From assembly GCA_009914755.4 (NCBI GenBank), contig CP068257.2:24544001-24608000 (forward strand): a stretch of DNA of 64,000 bases, in the 5' to 3' direction. The notes beneath the pieces were generated by a model that had not been told where the DNA came from, ran no database searches, and saw only the letters and a list, made by a program, of their open reading frames with translations. This document shows, piece by piece, positions 53,301 to 64,000 of this stretch (position 1 is its first letter; every line of letters begins with the position of its first letter). Both the position numbers and the translations under genes were made by a program. Origin of the DNA: the human T2T-CHM13v2.0 reference genome, Homo sapiens.

Positions 53301-55079
53301 TGGCACTATTTTTAAAGATTAAAATATATTTAAACAATTAAATTCCAAGTGAAGAAAAACATAGATAAAGTGGAAGGTGATTAAAAAAGCAAGTGTTTGC
53401 TGCACTCTGTTTGCTGTTCTTTTCTCTGTTAGTTGCTGAATCACACTTATGATAAATTACATTTACAATTCATTTGAAAATAAAGCTAAATATCAAGTTT
53501 CGGGATATTAGAAAGTAGAGGCTACAGAGAAGTACTCTTATCTAAATCAGTAGGAAAAGTAGAATTTTTCCCATTGCTATGTGATAACATAGCTTATCAC
53601 TAGCCAATTTCTCACTATCTGCATAAGATTTTGCCAATGGACAGAAATCTGCTTCCTTACTTTCTGTGTCAATCAAAAATAGTATCCTGAGATATTATTT
53701 TGTGTTTCACAGACTAGAAATTTTTAGCAACCTGAGGACATGTGACTTGAAAACATGAGCAGTGCCAAGAATTATATTCTCTTCCAGTTTTCATAGCTAA
53801 AGGGAGTTAGAGTTGAACAATTCCCAGAACAGCACAGAAAGCTAGAAAATATTAAATTTACAGGCTAAGGCTTTGCCATTGAAAGCTGACTATGGAGATT
53901 TTTAGGGTAGGCAGGAAGAACAACACAATCTAGAAGTTTGGGATCTTGCTATATTTCCCCTTCACTAAGACTTTTCTAAGTAAATAGTTAATTAATATCC
54001 CAGGATCTCAATTTCCATATCTGTAAAGTGAAAGATTTGAATGGATAAACTATAAGGTCTCTTTCAAATAAAAAATTTTATCCTTGTATGGCACTCTCCA
54101 TAATTACACACATGTATAATCTAACCCTATGGAACTACACATTAATTTCCCAAGTGTGATATTTATGATCTCTTCTGATGGTTGCATGCCATTTGTTAAC
54201 GTGACTTTGACCTTTCCTGGTCTGTGTGGCAGCTGAGCTACTACTGCTATATCCTGAACCAGGGCTTTGGCTAAGCAGGGATGTCCAAGTGCATTCCTTA
54301 TGACCCAGAGAGGCTCATAATTCCATACAGGAACATTCATGGGACCTTGAAGAATTTATGTTTGTGTTGGTAAATTTCTCTTCATGGCCTCCTTGAGAGC
54401 AATGAAAGAAGTGTATTTTCTGACAGCTCCAACTTCTTACTGCCTGTGTTTGCTCAGCATTATTTCAGTCATAGGTGTCCGGAACCCCAGAAAGTGCAAA
54501 GACATCCTCACAGCTCCATGAATATATGACCAATACTCTTCAGAGGGGACTGAAGATGGATTAGCACTTTGTAGGTAGAGGTTCAAATCCCAATTGCAAC
54601 AGCAGGCTGTGTAACCTTGGGAAATTTGACCTCTCTCCTTTGTAAGTGGGCACAATGGATAACATGAGACCATATTTGTAAATCACCTGATGCGGTATGG
54701 CAGGCTCAAGGAGTGTTGTCTTTGCACTGCCCTTCCATGCTGTGTTTATCCTGTTATGAATAAAATGAATTCAACCTGTTAGACTGTCAGCGCCTTCATA
54801 ACTGGCCTTCCCTTTCGGCTTGAGGCATGCCATCTGCCGTATTTTGCACCAACTTCAAGAACATAATGTACTTACAAAATACTTGTCAGTGTGGACTCTG
54901 AATGAATTTTTATAGCATTAAAAACAAAAACAGACAATCAGAGCAAGGAACAAGAACAAGCCATTTACAACAGAATAAACACAAATGGCTAATCAATATA
55001 TGAAAAATTGGTCCAACTTTATCCTCAGAGATCCACAATTTAAAAAAATAACAGCTTCGAGATAATTTACATACCATAT

Positions 55080-56290
<1,211 letters not shown>

Positions 56291-56469
56291 TTAGTTTTTT
56301 GAAGAACCTTCATATTATTTTTTATAGTGGCTGTACTAATTTATATTACCACCAACAGTGTATAAGGGTTCCCTTCACTTTGTATCCTTGCCAACACTCA
56401 TCTTTCATCTTTTTGATAGAAGCCATTCTAACAGATGCAAGGTGATATTTCATTGTGATTTTAACTAGC

Positions 56470-56860
56470 ATTTCCTTAATGATCAGTGATGCTTAGCATT
56501 TTTTCATGTATCTATTGGTCATTTGTATGTCTTTTTTTTTTTTTTTTAGAAGTGTCTGTTCAAGTCCTTTGTCCATTTTTAAATCAGGTTGTTTTCCTTT
56601 CATTGAGGTGTTTGAGTTCCCTATATATTTTAGGTATTAACTCCTTATCAGAGATATGGCTTGCAAATATTTTCTCCCATTCTGCAAGATCTACGGCTTC
56701 AATGCAATCCCATTAAAATTCTTTCATTTTCTGCAGAAATAGAAAAAACAATCTTTAAATTTGTATGGAACCACAGAAGACTCCAAATAGCCAAAGCAAT
56801 CTTGAGCAAAAAGAGCAAAGCTGGAGGCATCACACTTCCTGATTTCAAAATATTTTAAAG
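56470..56860. mobile_element. L1-derived fragment (ORF2 3' part / 3' region), orientation uncertain
   Basis: gtctgttcaagtcctttgtccatttttaaatcaggttgttttcctttcattgaggtgtttgagttccctatatattttaggtattaactccttatcagagatatggcttgcaaatattttctcccattctgcaag ... ccaaagcaatcttgagcaaaaagagcaaagctggaggcatcacacttcctgatttcaaaatat resemble common L1 blocks. Confidence 0.5.
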
Positions 56861-57119
56861 TGATTTTAATCAATAGATAGTACTGGCATAAAAACAGACA
56901 CCAGTGAAATAGGATAGAAAACCCAGAAGTAAACCCACATACTCACAATTGATTTTCAACAACAGTGTCAAAACATAACATTGGGAAAGGGCAGTTTCTT
57001 CAATAAATATTATTGGGAAAACTGGTTAACCACAGGCAGAAGAATGAAATTGGATCTGTATTTCACACTGTTTACAAAAATTGACTCAGAATAATTAAAG
57101 AGTTAAATATAAAATCTGT

Positions 57120-57420
57120 CTTTTTGATTAAAGCCATCCTAGTGAGTGTTAAGTAGTATCTCATTGTGGTCTGATTTGCATTTCCCTGATGGCTAATGAT
57201 GTTGAATATCTTTTCATGTGTTTATTGGCCATTTGTATATTCTTAAACTGTTAGTGGAAGTGCAAATTAACTTTAAAAAGCCACTCACTTTGGAGGACAG
57301 TTTGGCAATTTCATTCATTTTGAGCCAACAAACCCATTTGTGGGAATTTACCTTAAGAAGATAATTACAGAACTATGAAATGATGTGTGCTCAAGTTATT
57401 GCAGCCTTCTTTTACAATAA
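57120..57420. mobile_element. L1-derived fragment, orientation uncertain
   Basis: ccatcctagtgagtgttaagtagtatctcattgtggtctgatttgcatttccctgatggctaatgatgttgaatatcttttcatgtgtttattggccatttgtatattc ... gtgcaaattaactttaaaaagccactcactttggaggacagtttggcaatttcat. Confidence 0.55.
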
Positions 57421-57744
57421 AGAATCGGAAACATACTCTGTAGAAGTTTTAAAAAATAGTAATTTTCTGATATACACAAAATGATGTACTATGCAGCCAT
57501 TAAAATGATGGTATGGAAATAAGTACTTCACACGTAAAATACCTATAATATACAAGTCAAGGATTCCTTATCCAAAATGCATGGGATCAGAAGTGTTTTG
57601 GATTTGGAATTTTTTAAGATTTTGGAATATTTGCATATACATAATGAGACTTCTTAGGGATGGTACCCAAGTTCAAGCATGACATTTATTTATGTATCAT
57701 ATATACCTTATATCCATAGCCTGAAGTTAATCTTATACAACTTT

Positions 57745-58090
<346 letters not shown>

Positions 58091-59204
58091 TTAGCCATCA
58101 AAAAGCAAAGGTGTCACTATCTCAGCCACCCACGTGGACAACCTGTGGTTGTTTGGCATCACCATCATGCCTGACTGAATTTATATGCCACCAATGAACA
58201 ATTATTTTCTTACTCTTATTTATACATGAGTCTCTAATAGTAAAGACAATGACATACCATCAATACAGTGAAAAAATACTGTGTTCAGCATAGCTAAGCA
58301 GAACAGTAGCATCACCAGAATATCTGTATCAGCTGTTAAACAATAGCAGCAATGAACAACGACAGGCTTTCAGTCCCCACTTGTGACCTGTTACGTCAGG
58401 TCAGATGTGGAATTGCCCGCTTGTGACATCATGTAGTTGCTCAAAACGTTTTGAATTTTGGAGCATTTTGGATTTCAGATTTTCAGTTTAAGGATGCTCA
58501 GCCTGTTCTGTTGAATAAATAGTGTGTCACAGAGTAGCATGCCATTTTACCTTTTGTCTTTTACCACTTTCGTGAAAACGTTCGCCTTCTTCTCTTTGTA
58601 TTTGTGTACATAAGGAGATGTACAGCGGATGACTGGTAAAAGTGAACAGTGTTTACCTCTAGGTGCTGGAATTTGGGATAGCATTTTGTTTTTCCTTTGA
58701 GATTTTCTCTGCTGTTAGAACTAAAGTAATTCAGCCTATATCAAAACAACAATAATAAAGTTACTTTCAAAGGAAGAATAATTTTGCTCTGAACTGTGCC
58801 TACCACTATCTCCCCTTACTATTGAGGACCACACCATTTTGACCCTGAATTTCTACTTTCAAACCACAAGAGAATCCCAATAAACTATAGTAACATGGAG
58901 AACTGGTGTAAGAAAAACACAGGAGCTTGTTTTCATTGAATTTCCTTGCAATAATTACACGAGTTTAATTAAAACAAATAAATTAGAATTGATACACTGG
59001 AATCAATATGCAAAAAACAAAATGTGCTTGTTTTACGGGTCCTAATAGGATTCCAAGCAGGAACCATTTTCTAGCATTTATTTCTAGCACATCTATCTTT
59101 GAATGGAAATTTGTGGGAGATGATGAGAGAAATCTAAACATTTCCCATTTTGGTGCTTATCATCAGCCCAGAAGGTTTAGTTCATCCAGTCTTGTTCAGA
59201 ATTG

Positions 59205-60245
59205 TTCATGCTCTGTCATGCCTGTGCTCATTGATGTGGTTGGCTCCGTGTCCCCACCTAAATCTCATCTCCAGTTGCAATTCCCATGTGTCAGGGGATG
59301 GGGCCTCGTGGGAGGTGATTGAATCGTGGGGGTGGACTTCCCCCTTGCTGTTCTTGTGAGAGTGCGTGAGTTCTCATGAGATCTGGTTGTTTGAAAGTAT
59401 GTGGCACTCCTCCCCTTGCTCTCTCTCTCTTGCTGTCAGAGGTGATTGAACCAGAACAACTCCATTTTGAGTAGGGGCTGGGTAAAGTAAGGCTGAGACC
59501 TACTGGGCTGCATTCTCAGACAGCTGGTTAAGCTTTCTAAGTCACAGGATGAGATGGGCGGTTGGCACAAGATACAAGTCATAAAGTCCTTGCTGATAAA
59601 ACAGATTGCAGTAAAGAAGCTGGCCAAAACCCACCATAACAAAGAAGGCCACATGAGTGACCTCTGGTCATTCTCACTACTCATTATATGCTAATTATAA
59701 TGCATTAGCAAGCCAAGAGACGTTCCCACCAGCACCATGAGAGTTTACAAATGCCATGGCAATGTCAGGAAGCTACCTTATATGGTCTAAAAAGGGGAGG
59801 AGTACTCAGTTCTAGGAATTGCCCATCCCTTTCCCAGAAAACTCATGAATAATTCACCCCTTGTTTAGCATATAATCAAGAAATAATCATAAAAATGGGC
59901 AACCAGCAGCCCTGGAGTAACCATTCTTTTATTACTTGACATTCTTAGTGAACTTGCTCTCACTTTACTCTATGGATTCACCTTGAATATTTTCTTGCCC
60001 AAATCCAAGAGCCCTCTCTTGGGGTCTGGATCTGGACCCCTTTCCAGTAACACTGCCACCACATGAAGAAGGTGCTTGCTTCCCCTTCGCCTTCCATCAT
60101 GATTTTAAGTTTCCTGAGGCCTCCCAGTCATGCTTCCCATTAAACCTGCAGAACTATGAGTCAAACCTCTTTTCTTCATAAATTTTTATAGCAGTGTGAA
60201 AACAAACTAATATACCCAGGCTGTTCCACATCTGGCTAAAAAGAC
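59205..60245 (+). mobile_element. THE1/MST-like MaLR LTR split into two halves (59205-59424 and 60062-60245) by a later ERV LTR insertion
   Basis: 5' half: ggctccgtgtccccacctaaatctcatctccagttgcaattcccatgtgtcaggggatggggcctcgtgggaggtgattgaatcgtgggggtggacttcccccttgctgttcttgtgagagtgcgtgagttctcatgagatctggttgtttgaaagtatgtggcactcc. 3' half: cacatgaagaaggtgcttgcttccccttcgccttccatcatgattttaagtttcctgaggcctcccagtcatgcttcccattaaacctgcagaactatgagtcaaacctcttttcttcataaatttttatagcagtgtgaaaacaaactaatacacc. Together colinear with one MaLR LTR consensus. Confidence 0.7.
59425..60061 (+). mobile_element. ERV solo LTR (class not confidently assigned) nested in the MaLR LTR
   Basis: Remembered ERV LTR blocks: gagtaggggctgggtaaagtaaggctgagacctactgggctgcattc...taagtcacaggatgagatgggcggttggcacaagatacaagtcataaagtccttgctgataaaacagattgcagtaaagaagctggccaaaacccaccataacaaagaaggccacatgagtgacctctggtc...caccagcaccatgagagtttacaaatgccatggcaatgtcaggaagctaccttatatggtctaaaaaggggaggagtactcagttctaggaattgcccatccctttcccagaaaactcatgaataattcaccccttgtttagcatataatcaagaaataatcataaaaatgggcaaccagcagccctggagtaaccattcttttatta...cttgctctcactttactctatgg...atccaagagccctctcttggggtctggatctggacccctttccagtaac (contains AATAAA-like and U5-like ends). 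Confidence 0.6.
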
Positions 60246-60547
60246 CCTCTGCACCTTGAATTGCTAGACAAATCCCATTGTTCTACCAAGACTGGCTTTG
60301 ATTCACATCTATGCTCCCAATACTGTGTAAAAACTGCCTGGAGATCTGTTTCTTGCTTATCTATCTTCACATCTCCAGAGCTCTGTGCCTGGAATACTGT
60401 GAGCACTGTGCCTGGAATATTGGCAGCACTCAATAAATGTTTGTTGAGTAAATGCATGCATGTGTGCATGCAGGCAGTGGTCAGATTGTAAAAGGCTTTA
60501 TAAGCCTTTTACATGCTAAAAGGGAATGCTAAAGAAAGGGAAATCAG

Positions 60548-60859
<312 letters not shown>

Positions 60860-62675
60860 TCACAGGAGTAGGGTCCTATGTTGCCTTAGAGGTAGTGTGG
60901 CTGCTTTCTTGATGTCCTCTCCTTACTCGTACCTGCCCAGTCTTGTAGCTTTCAGTATGATCCACAAATTCAACACACACATACCCCCACCACGCCCAAC
61001 ATACACACATATACATACATAAATACACAAACAACAGAAAAGAAAATGTCACCACATATTTCACATGACCTTAGTTCTTTGTTTAAATGAAAAAAAATCT
61101 CATAATTTTTTCTCACTGAAAAATGAATATATAGTCAATGTACACTAGACTATAGAAAAAAGTACAAAGAAGAAACATCACTTGATATCCCATTATCTAC
61201 AGATGAATGGTTAGAGTTTTGCTGTCTTTTCTATATAGGCATATATATTTACATATATATGCATATATTTAAGTGGCTGATAAGACAAAAAATAAAACAA
61301 TTAAAGGAGATGTTCTTTTTTCTTGGGAATATCAGTTGAACAGACTGTACATTTTGTCTTTTGTAAATTTAAGGCTAGCTAGAAACTCTTACACTTGGGA
61401 AAAAGAAGTATTCACAGATCTTTGTGTTTTTGTGTGGCTTTTACTCCCCTTTTACTAATAGAATTTTTTTTTTTTAAATCAAGAGTAAACATGAATGAAG
61501 GGTTATAGATTTTGGAAAGACATAACAGAAAGCAGCTGCCTCATGCACCCTCTCTCTTCACTTCTAATCCTGTTCACCAAAGCTAAGGACATTCAACCAT
61601 TTGCACTTTTTTTCATATGTATCTCCTTATTTTTAAAGGACATGCCTATATTGCTATTCTGGATTTTTCATTTTTAGTAGTTATCTATTCTTACCATGGA
61701 AGATGAAGATTTCATTCTCTTACATGCCCCCTCCCCACTCTTCCAACCCATGTTCCTTCCTTATGCTCCAAATACTGTTCATCATCATTTTTGTTCAGAG
61801 TAGACTGTTGAAGACATTGTTTCAATAATCTTCTCATTTTATTTACAGTTAAGCTATGTGTCATTTAATTTTTCTTGTAGAACATTTTGTTTTTCCTGGA
61901 GTTTATAATTGTGTTATTTTTTAGTTTGTTTGTAAGTATGTTTATTTAGATACTGAGAAAAAAATTTACTCGAATTTTACCAGTGCCAATACCTGGTTTA
62001 GGGTAGAATATTTTTGAAAATGACCTACAATTCCTAGTAAATTGCTTGAGCAATTTTCTGGTAGAATTTAACAAGATGAAGAGCCCACTTTAGAGGTTGG
62101 ATTTATCTGCCCAGCTAACTGTCGTCAGCCTTATGATGAGCTTCATAAACTTTAGCCAGACTTTATTATACCTAGTCTAACAAAGTCACCTAGCCAGCTT
62201 TCTTTCTCTTTAAATGTCTCTACCAGAGAAATCTTGACTGGCTTTATCAGAAGCCTTTGCTCTTGCAGCAAGTTTGACATAAAATATTGACACTAACCAG
62301 TAACCAATTCGCTTGGAAAGTTCCTTCAGCTATGTTCATCATTAATTCTTCCACTTAGTTTCCCCAAGAAGTGGAAATGGCCTCCCAATACCTTAAAACA
62401 CATTGGGTAATCTCTACATTTCATTCTTTCCTTGAAGACATCCTTCTTGGAGCATGCTATTTTCTGGCTGCATTGTAGGTTGATGAGTCTCTAGACTTGC
62501 TGCACAGAGATCGTCATGGGGACTTCTTTTGCCATCTTCCTGGGAATTCCCTTTCCCCTCTCCTAGATTGGATGAAGAGTTGGTCTCATGGGGGTCTGTG
62601 ACCGTTGCAATCGCACTTACCAGGGCTCTGCATTTGGCTTAGCACTCTGCTGTTGCCATTTTGAAATTCTTAATA

Positions 62676-62981
62676 GCTGGGCACGGTGGCTCACACCTGT
62701 AATCCCAGCACTTTGGGAGGCCAAGGCTGGCAGATCACTTGAGGCCAAGAGTTTGAAACCATCCTGGCCAACATGGTGAAACCCCATCTCTACTAACAAA
62801 ACAAAAATTAGCCAGGTGTGGTGGCAACGCACCTGTAATCCCAGCTACTCCAGAGACTGAGGCACTAGAATCTCTTGAATCCAGGAGGCGGAGGTTGCGG
62901 TGAGCTGAGATCGTGCCACTGCACTCTAGGCCTGGGCGACAGAGCAAGACTTTGTCTCAAAAAAAAAAAAAAAAAAAAAAA
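62676..62981 (+). mobile_element. Alu SINE (sense, long pure poly-A) with perfect 13 bp TSD GAAATTCTTAATA (62663-62675 / 62983-62995)
   Basis: gaaattcttaata|gctgggcacggtggctcacacctgtaatcccagcactttgggaggccaaggctggcagatcacttgaggccaagagtttgaaaccatcctggccaacatggtgaaaccccatctctactaacaaaacaaaaattagccaggtgtggtggcaacgcacctgtaatcccagctactccagagactgaggcactagaatctcttgaatccaggaggcggaggttgcggtgagctgagatcgtgccactgcactctaggcctgggcgacagagcaagactttgtctc a23 g|gaaattcttaata. Confidence 0.9.
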
Positions 62982-63221
62982 GAAATTCTTAATAAGTTCT
63001 GAACAAGGGGCCCTGTGTTTTCATTTTGCACTGGGTCCCGCAAATTATATAGTTGCTCCTTATTGGACTCCCAGGTTTCTGTCTTTTGGTTTTTTTTTGG
63101 CAACTCTCTCTTTTTGGGGGAGCACCTACTCTAGCAGCTTCCTAAGTAATGCTGTATAAGAGATAAGAGTTTTTGAAATTTTGCATGTCTGAAAAAAAAT
63201 CTTTATCTTACCCTCATATTC

Positions 63222-63545
63222 TTTTTTTTTTTTTTTTTTTACTTTAAGTTCTGGGATACATGTGCTGAACGTGCAGGTTTGTTACATGGGTATACATGTG
63301 CCACGGTGGTTTGCTGCACCCATCAACTCATCATCCAGGCTTTAAGCCCCATATGCATTAAGTATTTGTCCTAATGCTCTCCCTCCCCTGTCCCTACCCC
63401 CTGACAGGCCCCTGTGTGTGATGTTCCCCTCCCTGTGCCCATGTGTTCTCATTGTTCAACTCCCACCTATGAGTGAGAACATGTAGTGTTTGGCTTTCTG
63501 TTCCTGTGTTAGTTTGCTGAGGATGATATCTTACCCTTATGTTCT
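63222..63545 (-). mobile_element. L1 (L1PA-type) 3'-end fragment, antisense, with poly-T (reverse complement of A-tail) at 63222-63240
   Basis: t19 actttaagttctgggatacatgtgctgaacgtgcaggtttgttacatgggtatacatgtgccacggtggtttgctgcacccatcaactcatcatccaggctttaagccccatatgcattaagtatttgtcctaatgctctccctcccc...gttctcattgttcaactcccacctatgagtgagaacatgtagtgtttggctttctgttcctgtgttagtttgctgaggatgat, the reverse complement of the L1 3' terminus. Confidence 0.85.
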
Positions 63546-63604
63546 AATAATAGTATGGTTCAGTATAGAATTCCCAGGTGGAAATTATTTTCCTTGAGGG
63601 TTTG

Positions 63605-63703
63605 TTTTTGTTTTTGTTTTTTTTTGAGACAAAGTCTCATACTGTTGCCCAGGCTGGAGTGCAGTGGAGTGATCTCGGCTCACTGCAACCTCCGCATCCC
63701 AGG
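63605..63703 (-). mobile_element. Short Alu fragment (about 100 bp, antisense; Alu 3' end plus T-rich tail) flanked by perfect 16 bp TSD TTTCCTTGAGGGTTTG (63589-63604 / 63704-63719)
   Basis: tttccttgagggtttg|tttttgtttttgtttttttttgagacaaagtctcatactgttgcccaggctggagtgcagtggagtgatctcggctcactgcaacctccgcatcccagg|tttccttgagggtttg. Confidence 0.85.
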
Positions 63704-64000
63704 TTTCCTTGAGGGTTTGAAGGCATTGCTTCATTGTCTTCTGATGTCCAGTGCTTCTGTTAAGAAAACAGATGCCCTTTGATTCCCGACCTGTGGATAC
63801 GATCTGTATTTTCTCTCAGTTGCAGCTTTGCCATCTACTTTCTGGCAATCAAGCTTGATTGCTGTTGTCTTGTCTCATCTCCTTGTTTTTGCAGGTGATT
63901 ATTTAAAAGTCACCATTTTAGCAGTATTTTGAGAGAGAGCAGATGTAAACACACATTTTCAATCCGAGCCACTTTTAAATGTCTGTGTTGCTTATAAAGT

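Overview
This 64 kb window is primate nuclear DNA (human or ape), not a prokaryotic locus. The evidence is about 40 Alu SINEs in both orientations (several AluY-like, CpG-rich, with intact target-site duplications), several L1 3'-end fragments, MaLR/THE1 LTRs, a U6 snRNA retropseudogene, and a 5.6 kb HERV-H provirus. There are no operons, no bacterial-type genes and no CRISPR array. Almost every ORF in the six-frame track is an artefact: most are antisense or sense read-through of Alu consensus (recurring '...[12 protein letters not shown]...' and 'PSSWDYR' peptides), of LTRs, or of GA/CATA microsatellites. I could not support any bona fide host protein-coding exon from sequence alone. The unique stretches (about 8.6-9.9 kb, 12.9-14.7 kb, 15.2-17.8 kb, 20.4-22.5 kb, 24.0-25.1 kb, 26.0-27.4 kb, 35.0-36.9 kb, 47.6-53.1 kb) are AT-rich, have no CpG island and no recognisable conserved domain, so this looks like an intronic or intergenic, repeat-dense region. 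The most structured element is an antisense HERV-H provirus at 41994-47599. It has LTR7-family LTRs, a tRNA-His primer-binding site, a degenerate gammaretrovirus-like gag-pro-pol and a 5 bp flanking repeat. Other layered insertion histories are: a full-length THE1/MST (MaLR) element at 31189-33492; an ancient Alu at 6145-7375 split by three later insertions; a MaLR LTR at 59205-60245 split by an ERV solo LTR; a U6 retropseudogene inside an Alu; and several young Alus and one L1 3' end with clean target-site duplications. Nothing here looks like a previously undescribed biological system. I recited repeat family names (LTR7, THE1/MST, MLT1) from memory of consensus sequences, and they should be confirmed with RepeatMasker/Dfam. 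Alu coordinates are approximate to within about 10 bp.
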